Positions 1-13,996 of a stretch of DNA of 64,000 nucleotides are shown in pieces; positions within the stretch are counted from its first letter, which is position 1; every line of letters begins with the position of its first letter. A program made the translations under genes and the position numbers. Source of the DNA: the human T2T-CHM13v2.0 reference genome, Homo sapiens; the NCBI RefSeq assembly GCF_009914755.1, contig NC_060939.1, one strand, 5' to 3'. The notes under the pieces are model-generated. The model was given only the letters and a program-made list of their open reading frames with translations, made no database searches and was not told the DNA's origin.

Positions 1-443
1 ATGTGTGCATGGGAGTCATACAAAATATGAAAACTCAAGAAAATGGCCAGATGGTTGATCCTTAAATGCTTTATTTATTGGTGAGAAGGTATTGGGGGTG
101 TAGGAGTAAATGATTTTCAGGGAAAATGAATATTTCCCTGAGACAGCAATTTACTTGTAAATGATGCTCTTTAGAATTTGAACACGCTCCAGAGGCAGAA
201 ATTGTCTTGTGAAAAAGTCTGTCTGGGTATGGTTGCATTCCTCAGTCTTGAGCTGGTGGATGGCAGGGTGCAATTGCAGGCCGTAGTGTTCCTCTTTGGG
301 GATCTGGTTTCTAGGTGGGTAAGGGAACTTCAGAGAACAGCCTTGTCCTGTGCTTTGCGAGAGACAAAGGATGAGGAAGGGGGGTCAGGGACCTTGAGGC
401 TGCTTCAGCATGTCAAGAGTGCCATGTTTGGGACGCCTCAACA
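1..443 (-). mobile_element. ERV1-class LTR fragment (MER31/MER67-like), cut by the window edge
   Basis: Reverse complement reads TGTTGAGG..CCCAAACATGGCACTCTTGACATGCTGAAGCAGCCTCAAGGTCCCTGACC, resembling the 5' end of MER31/67-type LTRs. Confidence 0.5.
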
Positions 444-3400
444 CTGGAAATAGCCTTCATTCCTCTGCTTCTTGGGTCTGGATCCTTTTCTTTAGACTCC
501 AAGAAATTCTTCCTTTTGCCCCAAACTCACATTGTTTTTGTCTTCTGTCCCTCTACTTCTATGTAATTCTATTATTATGCACAGATTCTGTGTGCCCAAG
601 GAGACTGTAAACTCCAGGAGGGCAGGAATTATGTCTTAAAACACTAGCGGTTAAACAGTTAAGAGGTGTCTTAAAACATTCCTGTAGCCCCAGCTACACT
701 CTTGGGTGCAGGAATCACAAGTGCCTTATTCCCCACAGGGTCCCCAGCATATTCCAGGAGCTCATTATGTTTTTAAATGAATGACCTACTGAAGGCAAGA
801 GACCAGGAAGGAAAGTTTGTAAAAGTTTACATTATTAGATTACCCCTGAGATGTGTAACCTTCTCACGAGTTAGATTTCTTGAACCACTGCCCGGGTATT
901 GTATTCCTACTCTAGGAGCTTGAAGGATTAATGATAATCCTTTTACAGATATATTCACAAGTTTCTGTGAATGTGAATTAAGTATGTAGATCTTGATTGC
1001 CTTTCTTGAGTGCATGGTTTTTTTCTAGAAAAACAAATTTAAGTTAGGTGGGACACCTAATAAAGCTCTAGGCTCCTTTCTTTTCCTCTTTTAAGACACA
1101 GTTAATTACCTTATGCTAAGTTGGAATATAGGAATTATCTTCCAAAACTGTGTTTGCTTGCTGTGTCTACATAAAAATTGATACAAGGTATGCCATGGTT
1201 TATACAATTTCTGGCACATTTACCTGGTCTCTGTTACAGGTTTGTGAAACCAATTTTTTTATTGTAAATAGTACGTTACCAGCTTAATTGCTTTAGAACC
1301 TAGACAGTCTATGTCTGTGATAGTAATTACATTCTTTCATGACTTTGTTTGGTAACCTGAATGTTGAACTAGCTCTACAGATTTAGGTCATGTCTGATGC
1401 TAGCCATTCCTAGGAAAAAGTGGTGAGGACTACATTATGGGCCTTTCCCCCTAGACTTAAAACTGTGAAGAAGTCATTTTGGGTTGAGGTATCCCCTGGT
1501 ACCCTCTCCTGAACTTCAATAGAATAACATGATGTGGTGAATGAACCATATTAGAAAAACCAGCCAATCAGCCGAGATTCTTGTATTGACTCTTCTGATC
1601 TCCCTCTACCTCTCCTTTCCCCATCTGCCAAACAAAGGGTTTGGAACAGTTAAATTCTAAAGTGGTGTCATTGATGGCTCTCAGTATTCTGTGGACTTTC
1701 CTGGTTGATTCAGTACTTGTGATTGACCTGGACCCCCTGGTTTGGTCCAGCCTTAGAGCGGGTTTGCAGGTAGACACCTTCCTAATGTTTGTTCCACGTA
1801 AGCCCCCGGAGCACAGTATTTCCATCAGCTATTTTGTAGAAGTGAGCGATTCTCTTTTGGTTGTAAACCTTCACTATTTCATGTGGGTGACTTGACAATG
1901 GCTCCATTTTTGAATGGCCCATTGATAGTTGTAGTCTAAAAATTTCCAGAGATTACACAAGGGTTTATTTAAAGGGAATGGGAATAGGGAGAAGGTATAA
2001 CCTTTCCAAAACAATCTTTAAGGCAATTATAAGCTGTTAGGAAATGTCATGTAATAATAACACAGATACCCAAGCTTATATCACATAAATCATTCATTTT
2101 GCATGTTTTTGACAGGGAGATTTATTTTCCAGGTTAAAAACAAAAAAGAAAAATCTTAAAAGCTTAAGCTTTTATTGTTTGCTTTTTTTATTAAAAAGTA
2201 ATTTGGAGCCAGTAACTTAACCTGTTTTTCATAAACATGCTATCTAGAGGCAGCCAAAAAAATATTCATGCTTGCATAGTCAGGGTCCTCAAATGAACTT
2301 ATGTGTTGGATCATGATAACTCTGGTAATTACTCGAATTACCCTTGTTGAGTAATAGTATGGACCCTGAATACAAGGGTTTGATTTATGTGGCCAGCTCT
2401 GTGCTGCTGGGTTTATGAGGACTTGCCAGATGTCATCTCCTAATTAAAATCCTTCTTTACCCTTAATATCCTCTCCTCTGTCCCCAAGAAATTAATCCAT
2501 TCTATTGCTGGAGCATGTAACAGCTGATGTTGAAGTTACAAGTTTACAGCTTGAACTTTGCCTAGACTGTACCTTTTTTGGGAAAGAGTTTGCAAAGCTT
2601 TTAAGCCTGACTCTTGTCTTTAGATCACCAGCATCACCATGGTGCCTGGCATCAGTGGAGCCTCAGCAAGTGTTTATGGTGGAAACCTCAGAAGCTGTCA
2701 CTTTCTCTGGCTGTAACAGTTGTCATCTTTGTTTACAGGGAAAATGCTCTTGAGAAAATGGAGGTCATTAAACACTCCAGCTTCAGCAATATCATCAGAG
2801 CTTTCCGTCACGTGAGTTATCTCACAAAAGGGTCAGATTCTGGTAAAAACTCTTGCCTTCACACTTACTTCTGTTTTATTTTGCCTTATTTGACATTTCA
2901 CCAGAATTGATCCATAGGTTCAATAAGGCTCCATTCTGTTGGGACAAATCAAGCTAGAAAGACACTGAACTCTGGGGGTTACCAGAAATATCTGAAAGCA
3001 AAGCAGTGACTGTGAGGTGGGAATCTCTCTGAGAATCCTTTGCAGAACCATGTAACAGCTCTGCATCACTAGACGAGCCAAGCGAAGTGGTCCTGGATGG
3101 TTCAGTAGGCTCAAGCATTGAGGGTCCAGAGCATCCTTTGCCCCTGGACATGGAAGGGTTTTCATTGGGAGATGGCATTTAGGGCATCCTTATAAACGAG
3201 CAGGAGTAAACCTAGCAATAAAAACCAAACCTCTGCCTTCAGAGGTATATGCTATTACTTCTGCTTAAACCGTTGTCAGAGCTAACAGTTTTGGTTAGGG
3301 ATTTTTGTGGGTCCAGGGCACGCCCAGACACCCAGATGCTTCTCTATGTTTGTAAGATGGCGAGTGTTGAGATGTCTTATAGGCTTATATTGAGTGAAAA

Positions 3401-3466
3401 GGAATAGGATCCTTTGTCAGTAGTAACTTAGGCTTTTTAGGTGGCCAGGGCAAGAGAACACCCCCC

Positions 3467-3468
<2 letters not shown>

Positions 3469-3502
<34 letters not shown>

Positions 3503-3617
3503 CTACACCCACACACACCCACCCCTACACCCACACACACCCACCCCTACACCCACACACCTTCCCACACAAACCTACACCCACACACCTTCCCACACAG
3601 ACCTACACCCACACACC
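3469..3617. repeat. Compound (CA)n / CCCCTACACCCACACACA microsatellite
   Basis: A pure CA run degenerates into repeated cccctacacccacacacac / cttcccacac units. Confidence 0.9.
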
Positions 3618-4639
3618 AGGATTTGAAGGCTCTGCTAAGAGGCTACAACAACTGTAGCATACAACTAGCACACTTGTTGCTATTATGTGTAGGGGACTAG
3701 ATGGAAAGAGTGCAGATAGGACTACCTACCATTCACCCCTACCAGCGAAGTGGAAGCACTCATCTTCTTTCCCTTCTTACCCTTTCAAAGCAAGTTGTTG
3801 AGGGATGAAGAGGAGAGTGACTTTAATCGTGGCTTTAAGTAGAGATTTTCTTTAGGAGTAATTGTTTCTCTCGACAGAGTGGATAGGCTTCCATAGTTGT
3901 CTTAATACCTTTTGTCCACCCCAAGGATTGACCCAGGCAAGGAGGATGAACCCTCCTCAATTTGGGAAAGTTAAATTTTAGGCACAGCAGGTCAAAGAGT
4001 AGGGAAGAGCTGCAGTTGTTGGAACCAAGTGACATTGATTTAGTCTGGAAAGGAGTCACAGAGGAATCAAAAGCCAGACCCTCCTGGCAGCTTTAGATGT
4101 GGTTGGGGTCTGGGAATAATGCTGGTCCCAAAATCACCTCTGGAACTAACTCCTGTAAAATGAAGCCTCTGCATCCTTCAGTAACTTACTTAAAATTTTG
4201 TTAGGGCTGCATTTTCTTCAAAGCCAAGTTCTGAATAAGAAGTATTTGTTTTGGACTCTAGCCAGATTACTGAAGTATTGTTGAGGGAGATTTGCTGTGG
4301 AAGGGGTTGGGGGTACAGGGATTGTGAAGATAATGTAAAATATTTAACATTTTAAAAATTTTCAGTAAGTTCTCTTTCCCCAATGTCAGCATGACTTCTT
4401 CATTCATGTTCTTCCATCACTCTCCATTCAGTTAGAATCTCAATTGTGTAATATCAGTGGTAGCGACAATTATGAAATTCGTCCAGTGAGGAAAATCCGC
4501 AGAGCTAGAGCCCAAACCAGCAACTTTGTAGTGAGGATGACCCCACTGGCCGGGGAGAAACTGAACTGATTTTTTTTTTTCTCTCTCTCTCAGCTTTTTA
4601 TTTTGAAATAATTTTAGACTTACAAAAAAGTTGAAAAAG

Positions 4640-4928
4640 CATCCAGGCATGGTGGCTTATACCTATAATCCCAGTGCTCTGGGAAACCAAGACAAATCTC
4701 TTAAAGCCAGGAGTTTGAGACCAAGCTGTGAGACTATCTCTACAAAAAAAAAGAAATTAAGTAGCCAGCAGTGGTGGCACGTGGCTGTAGTCTCAGCTAC
4801 TTGGGAGGCTGAGGTGGGAGGATCGCATGAGCCAGGAGTTCCAGGCTGCAGTGAACTATGATCATGCCACTGCACAACAGTCTTGGAGACAGATTAAGAC
4901 CCTGTCTCTTTAAAAAAAAAAAAAAAAA
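4640..4928 (+). mobile_element. AluJ-like SINE
   Basis: Diverged dimeric Alu with A-rich linker and poly(A) tail. Confidence 0.9.
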
Positions 4929-5477
4929 GTTTGTAAAATATCACCCAGTTTTCCCTAACGTTAGCATTTTACATAATCTATACACCAATTCTCACAGCCA
5001 AGAAATTAACAATGACACAATACTGTTAACCATGGACTATTTGAATTTCACCAGTTTTCCCACTAATATCCTTTTTCAGTCCCAACATCCTTCATTGTGT
5101 TTACTTACTATATCTAGTCTTCTCCAGTCTGTAAAAATGTGTCTATCTTTGCTTGTTTTTCATGACCTTGATATTTTTGAAGAGTATGGACAGGTTGTTG
5201 CATAGAATGCTCCAAATTGGTTCTAATGTTTCTCATCATTAAACTCATTTTTATACATTTTGGGGAAGACTACTACAAGATTGACATTGCATCTCAGTGC
5301 GTCACATCTGTGTGATGTCAGCATCTTACCACTGATGATCTCTTAGCCTTGAACACTTGATTGAGGTGGTGCCTGCCAGGTTTCTCCAGTGTAAATTTTC
5401 TGCTTTTCGCATTGTTACTGATATCTTAGGGCTGATACTCACAGTATGTAGATGTCTCGTTTCTCTTTTTTCATATT

Positions 5478-6005
<528 letters not shown>

Positions 6006-7509
6006 ACAACTGGCCGAGGTCCTGTTTCTCATCACATTGTCACTCACTGATCTTGTCATGCTTTGGTGGAGCTTATCTACAATAATTATTACTGCCATGC
6101 TTTAATGGCAATTTTCTATCTTATTGTCATTTATTCATTGGAATTTTTACATAGGAAAGACCTGCTCCTTCTCAAACTCTAAACAGTTTCATTCACCATA
6201 CTTTTCTCCAGGTAACTTTCTGGGTGGCTGAAAGTGACTTTCAAAGAATGGAGATATCTTTTCAATGTTGAGAGAGTGGCAGTCTGCTGGTTCCCAAGAT
6301 GCCTTCTTCACCTAGCATTGAGACTCTGCAGAATGCCTTGACCACAGTTGTGATTTGGATCTGTTGGCTTGCAAAGCCCATTTGAGAATTTACAAAATCA
6401 TTTTCACGGCCTGAGAGTCTTTTAGGTACTGATTTTTTTCATCCCTTCTTTACTAACAGACTTTATTTAGTAGAGTATTATTGGACAGGTTTGGGGTTCA
6501 CCTTTATGAGAAAAAACTTAGATTTTCTAATTTCAGCTTTTTTATTTTCTTCCATCAGTGGGACAAAGTTGACATCATTGCCTAAAAGTAATTTCTGTGA
6601 TTATCTGTGTATTTCAGTTAACCATGTTCTTTGGACTCACTGTGGTCTTCAGCAGGGATGGTGGCCAAACTATGTTTAGAAAGATAAAAATTAAAATGAC
6701 ATCTGCATCCTTCATGTAAACCCATAAAAAATAGCACGTGACCCTGAAGATCCTCTGCCTCTCATTCCAGGCATTACAATTGAAAATGCTATCTGGGATG
6801 TTAAAAACTAAAACTATTCTAGGACTTAGTGGAATATTGATAGTTAGGGAATGCTGTTTGCTTTCTTGAATTTTGAACCTGTTATTGAGAAGGTAGATGC
6901 GCCTGTTTACCCCAGGAAGGCTCCTCTTTGAAGACAGTGCCCCTGGAGCACATGACCTTTTCATGCCCTTGCCTGTCAAGACTTTTCCAGTACTCTAAGG
7001 TCAAAGGGCGTTGGGCCAGGCTGATCTAATCAGGGTATTAACCTTGCCCCACTCATCTTGATTTATTCCTAGATCCCAGTTCCCAGAGCATCCCTTTAGA
7101 GCCTCAGAAATGGAACAAAAGACAGCTGAAATAAGCCCGTGGCCAAAAGGCACTCTGAGCATGAGGGAAGTAAGCAGGCTTCCCTGTCACTGCTGAGGCT
7201 CTGTCATCCAGCCCCAGCTGTCCTCTTGTGATCACTCAGCAGACCCGGGAAAAATTCAAGAATTTGTTTTTTAGTGTCAGTGGGAGACGTGGGGATCCTG
7301 CTTTTGCTGGGAGAGCTTCAGTTGTCTGAGTCCCCACTCAACCCCAGGCTCCTGCCAAGGCCACCAAGGGCAGGAGCACTGGAAGGCTGACTATGGAGTG
7401 AAGAGGCCACTGGGTTTCACAAACAGCACTGTCAGCCAAAGCTGTAGCTTGTTAGCCATCCAAAAGAATCTTGCACCTGCTGCCAGTGAGCTTACACCTA
7501 GATGACAGC

Positions 7510-7750
7510 TGGAGCTGACACTCATTCAGCCCTTACTCTATGCCAGGTACTATTCTAAACACTTGCCATATACTCAGTTGTCCCACAGATACAACTATTT
7601 ATCCCCACTTTAGAGACAAAAAATTGAGGCACAGAAAGGTTAAGTAATTTGGCCAAGGAAGTGCAGCTAGTAAATGGCAGACCTGGGGTTTGAACCGAAA
7701 TCAGTGTGACTCTAGAGTACCTACTCTTAGACCCTACTCTCTACTGCCTC
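7510..7750 (-). mobile_element. MIR SINE
   Basis: Core aaattgaggcacagaaaggttaagtaatttggccaagg...gctagtaaatggcag. Confidence 0.8.
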
Positions 7751-8855
7751 TCATTAGAAGTCTCCCCCACCTCCCTACCACCACCATCACCACCCACCCT
7801 CCCAGCCACATATATGCTCACACTGGGTGGTTCAGATGGCTAGAAGTGGCAGCTCAACCTTGTGTGCCTCGGACTCGAAAATATTAGGTTCAGACACCAC
7901 TCAGACTTCACATTTTCATTAGTTTTGGGTAGAGGAATGAGAATAAATATTCAGCGAGACAGCCTTTTCTAACTGCAAGATTGCATTCCTCTTCTTTCTA
8001 GATGCAGTGGCAAGAACAGTACCCTGGATGGTGGAGCTGGTAGTGGTAGATGAGATAGAGCAGTCCCTTGATTCTGCTTTGTCCCCATTAATGACAGATC
8101 TGAGGGCATCCAGAAGGAATCTCCACAAGCCCAGCCTCCACAGTGGCTGCTTCCCCTACATGGTAGAGTGGTGCTCACCTCCACTCCTCCATAGATGCCA
8201 AGTCATCTGTGGTATAGATGTGGATGTCTTTGTTCAAATGGTCCTTGAGTCTTTGCTCAGATGATCCTTGGTTCTTCATTTCACCTGGGAAAGAAAATAA
8301 TTTGCCTGTTGTCATTTTATCCATAATATTAAGAAAACTTAATGGCACAATCTAAGCTTTTTACCATGTTATTTATCATGGGATTACTTTTTTCAGGTGT
8401 CTTCTGAACACGCAGTTGTCCCACCAAACTTTGACACTGCCCTTGTGATTAATTTTTGCCTACATTAATCACTCTCCCTTGTTTTAATTGCACATTACAT
8501 TCTTTTCTGTCCTTCCCGGACATCTTTGCTAGCACAGTGAGTGCAGGGAGGACTGTCACGGACTCTCTCCCCTCTTGAATGGGGGCATTCCAGCAGAGTG
8601 TGTTACATGAGCTCAGAGCACATGATGTGAGAGCCTCGTGATGAAAGATACTGCAAAAACAGTGCGCACTGTTATCAAACCTGACTGCCTTCACATCTTG
8701 CTTTCTGTGGTGCAAAATAAGGTTTTTATAGTGTCCTGTTTCTTCTGTTATCATCTAAACCAATGGGGAACGGTGAGTAAGTAGTAATCTTCAGAAAAGA
8801 AGAAAAGACAGGGAGGAGAAAGTGTACTGGAGGCCTGCTTTACCATTAAGTTGTT

Positions 8856-9448
<593 letters not shown>

Positions 9449-9659
9449 TCTAAGTTTTTTTTGAAAGTGTGTGTGTATGTGTTGAAAAACAATCTTACTG
9501 CCATCATATTGAAGTTACCTAGTGCATTTCTTCTTCAGGGTACGAAGAAAAAAGAAAAGTATGTCCTGTGGTTGATAGAAATCAGTAAAATGGAGCCCTG
9601 TACGAGGAAGTGCTGATGAGACTCCAACTAACTCCATGGAGATGAGCTACAAAAAAAAA

Positions 9660-9860
9660 TACTGATTGGGTTCAAATCCTTGGCCTGCCATTTACTGGCT
9701 GTGCTTCCTTGGTCAAATTACTTAACCTCTCTATGCCTCAATGTTCTCATCTCTAAAGTATGGAAAATAATTGCATCTGTGTGAAAACTGAGTTACTATA
9801 CGTAAAGTTTTTAGGATAGTACCTGACATACAGTAAGTGCTGAATAAGTATCAGCTAGAG
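9660..9860 (+). mobile_element. MIR SINE
   Basis: gggttcaaatcc...ccttggtcaaattacttaacctctctatgcctca...cctgacatacagtaagtgctgaataa. Confidence 0.8.
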
Positions 9861-12800
9861 AGAGAGAGAGTTAGTTTCCAGCAGCCTGTTTCTGTTTGGG
9901 GTCACATGTGGTCTCTGTCCACCTGGCTTTTTAGGCCTCTCTTACCTGTTCCCTGTTTATCCTTGCCTGCCCCAGGGAGGAGTTTGAGTTGGTACATCCT
10001 GACTGGGTACTCTGCCTGTGGTTAGCAAATACTCTGCATGTTGAGTGCTTTCAAAATACAGAAACAAGCAACTTGTGGAGGCATTGGAAAAGTGTGTTTG
10101 AGAAACAAGCAGCCTCACCATGAATGGGAGTTTGTTTCCCTTTCTCGTCTTTCTGGTCATCTGCTGCACGGGCAGGAGGAGCTGTGGGTTGCTTTTCTTC
10201 CTTGGAACATGGAGCACCACTCTCCCCTGTGCTGATACACTTACAAAGAAGTTCACCTACTCCTTGGAAAGTTCTGGAAAAGGGGCTTCTACACTGTTGG
10301 CCTCTCGAGGAGAACGGTTTTTGTTTCTGTCTTCCTGGAAAAGAGGTGACTGCTGGCATCATCTTTCTAGATAAACTCCTTGCTATGATGCCATTAGAAG
10401 CAGTGTTCTTTTGTGTTTTGCTTTTGTTTTTCCCTGTAGACAGGAATAACATTTTGACTAGAAACTTCCCTGATGTAATAACGAAGATGGCCTCCTTAGA
10501 AAGTTCCAGAACAGACCCCTTCACCTCTGTCCCCAGAAGCAGAAGTAGGTGATGCACTTTCTTGGCAAGCCACATAACTACCATTTCTCTACAATCGAAG
10601 CTCAAAAATCTGTGCTTGTATACGTTCATTTTTTGTTTTTACTTCTTTACTTCCTTTGATAAGACAGAAACTTCTGTATTAAAACTGATTTAACTCTGAG
10701 GGGCTAAGTGAACAACAATCTGTTGTCCTATAGAGGTCAAGGCAGTGCTCACAACAGGATCATTGTGCTGCTGTAGTTCAGTTTAGGGGACGGGGAATGT
10801 TTATAAAAACAAAGTTTTGAAATGAGGACAGGGAAAGGCTTTGTTTACCTGGGGCTCTAGACTTAAGGTACTCATTTTGCCTGCAGAATAATGAAATGCA
10901 GAGTTGTAATTAGAAAAGGTTGATGTAATTGATGTGTTAACAATTTTTGAGGTTTTTCTCTTTCCACTTTAGGACAGTCATGCAATTATTTTTCTGAACC
11001 AAAATCAGAACCATCAGTCGAAGGCTAAAACAGGCCTGGGGAAACACTGTCTTTTGGCAAAGAAAGACAAAGATCCTTGTTCTCTAGGCCAGTGTGCATA
11101 TGTGTGTAATGCTTTAAAGAACAATTTTGACAAGAACTCTTAGGATGCAACTTGTAGAGTGATTTTTAAGGAGATGCAGTAGGATTTGTGCAAGTATTCT
11201 GCTATGAGCCTAAGATTTTCAACATGGAAATCTAGCCATGCAGTGACTCGTTCACTTTGGCAGTGTCTATCTTAGTCTGGGGGTGAGCGTTTGTAGAAAA
11301 TATTTAGAGACTCAAGTACACTCATTTGAATTTTTGCTGTTAGCAAATAAATGGCAATATGTGTAACGTGGTGAATGGGATGTAAAGCTGTCTTTATATT
11401 ACCACGGTTAGAATTTAATTTTGAAAGTTGCAAGTCAAACTGCTTCCTCTTGCGTCATTAAGTTGTGCCTCTTGTTTGCTCACCGGCATGTGTGTCCTTG
11501 TGTCATTTTGGTTGCTGTGAAATTGCTCTTACCATTCTTTCATCCTTCAACCTGCTGTGCTACAATCCTAACATGCTGTTTTTGTTGAAAATGCATTCAC
11601 TCTTTTTGGCATCTTTTTTCCCCAGAAAGTTAGAATATTGGGAATTCATTGGTATTAGTGAAATTCCCACCTAATGCAGCAGTTTTTTTCTCTTACCTGC
11701 ATAATAGACGCAGAACAAATTAACTCTAAACGGATTAGAGCTGTCAACTGACAGATACTGTGCGAGATACTGAGGAAGCCTCGGAGATGATACCAATAAA
11801 CAGGACAGGGCCTTCTGGTCGTGTTTCTACTTCTCTTATTGGTTTGTCTTAGCAATTTTGAATTGCACTGAAAACGAAATTTCATAGGTACACGATACAG
11901 TAGTTAGTTTTAAAAGTTTTTAAAATATTAAAAAATTGAAAGTATTTAAAATATTTTTAAAATATTTTAAAATCTGCTGTGTGAGATAGATAGGAGACCT
12001 AGCTTTTCTTCCTTCTTACCTTGATCCATAGAGAAAGCAACCCTGAAAGAAGAAAAACTCACCCATTTGAGCTTTCTTTTGTTTCCACTGAGCAATACGG
12101 AAGAAATTCACCGCTGGTTATAGGTCTTCAGTGCTTTCTTCAGAGTGGGATTGTTTTTTGTTTCACCATAAGTAGTAGTCTATTAAATTAACAGTTGCTA
12201 GAGAAGAAGCTGCATCTATATATGCAGTTCTCTTCTTGTCAAGCAGTATATTTTCACGATAGCAATGAAAAAATTCCATCCTCACCAGCCGCTGAAACAT
12301 AGTAATACTGCAGAAATTCCTGTGAACTATGCGTTTGCTGCTTCCTTTTGTTTGTTTGTTTTCAGAGCAGATGGGCTTGTTTGCTTTTTGCTTAAACATT
12401 AATCAAAAATCAATTTATGGCTATGTAAGTGGCATTAGATAATTCTCATTCTGACTACAGTAAATAATATCTATTTGTTCATGTTAGATAAGTCTGGGCG
12501 GCAGTGGAATGTAAAATAGAATTACATGAGATATGACATATGGCTATGTGTTTTATAAATTAATGCTTTTATGCATGTGGGAGGAGAAGTAATTTAGCTT
12601 ACTGACAAAAAGAAAAGCAAAGGAAATTCCAGAGAAAGAACAGGATACCAAGTCTAAATAAATTTGGAAGACAAAGAGAATATCATAATTTAGTTCAATC
12701 TTTTAAACAAATTTTCACAATTTATACGTTGGGATAAGAGAACCATGAGAAAAGGTATATTCTAAGTCCTGAACATCTTTCTATACCCTGAAGATGTTTT

Positions 12801-13004
12801 TATAGCTCTTCTGCTGACTCCCTGCCAAAAAAACTATTTACGGTTTGGGGTAGGGGGCGTGTCATGCCATACAGCTAAATACACTTTTTTCCTAATCTAG
12901 GAGGCATGTCTACTTACAAATAAATTGCTTAAACTAGTTAGGCTTGTGTAAATGTAACTGACATTTCCTTGAGATCAGAAAAAGTTTTGCTGATTAACTA
13001 TATT

Positions 13005-13031
13005 TGTGTGTGTGTGTGTGTGTGTGTGTGT
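13005..13031. repeat. (TG)n microsatellite
   Basis: Direct read. Confidence 0.95.
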
Positions 13032-13755
13032 ATTTAGAGAGAAGGAGGGATTTTATAATTATTACAATTTGATTTGAAATGTCTAGAGAAAGTGAGAGAT
13101 TATGGAAATTACCATAAATGCTCCCTTTTTCATAGATTTAGATCTGTTAATTGCAAGAAATCTTTTTTTAAGTGAATCAATGGGAACTTTTTATTTCTTC
13201 CCTAAGATTCATTTAGCCTTGAAAAGGCCAAAAGTTGAATGAAGCTTCTAAATGCCAATCTTTCCCTCCTTCTGTTAAAGAGTATGCTTCAACTATAATT
13301 ACATTTGCATTGTTTAAAATATTAGTAATTCTACAGCCAGACCTCTGAGATAGCTGAGAAACCAAAAAGTGAAGTTCAAAGACATCATCAGGCACCCTCT
13401 CCACACACAACATACCAGGCCCACCAAGGAGTTTACATGAGTGTTTTTGCCTTGTTAGCCGTGGAACGACCTGGGCAGTACCCAAAACTTAGCAAACTCT
13501 TCTTGTACCTTGTATTCAGTAGACGGTCAGTAGCACCGAGAGTAGGGAGAAGAGTAAATATGTTTCTAATACTTTATTCAATGTATGTTGTTAACAGTGT
13601 AGACACTCTGACTTTCCTTGTGAATTGCGCCTCAGTATTTAGTTTTCATTTACCCTGGATCAGATAGGGCATGATAACCTTTGAGGGGCTTTGTGCATAT
13701 GTAATTTGGAATCTGAGTCAGTCGGGCTGTGTCTCTCCCAACTTCCCTTCTCATA

Positions 13756-13996
13756 TTCTTCTCTCTCCTCCTCCTCCCCTCCCTCCTCCTCGCCTCCCTC
13801 CTCCTCCCCCTCCCTCTTCCTCCCCTCCCTCCTCCTCCTCCCCTCCTTCCTTCTCCTGCCCCCTCCTCCTCCCTCCTCCTCCTTCCTTCTCCTCCTCCCT
13901 CCTCCTCCTTCCTCCTCCCCCTCCTTCCTCCTCCTCCCCCTCCTCTCTCCTCTTCTCTCGTTTCTCTTCTCTCTCTTCTTTCTCTCTTCTCTCTCT
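13756..13996. repeat. 241-bp polypyrimidine (CCT/TCC/CT) low-complexity tract
   Basis: Only three purines (G13792, G13858, G13960) on the + strand across the tract. Confidence 0.95.

Noticed and set aside
10051-10629. 192-aa minus-strand ORF with overlapping 142-aa plus-strand ORF
   Set aside because: No recognisable homology, no poly(A)/TSD marks of a processed pseudogene, and the length is compatible with chance in 64 kb.
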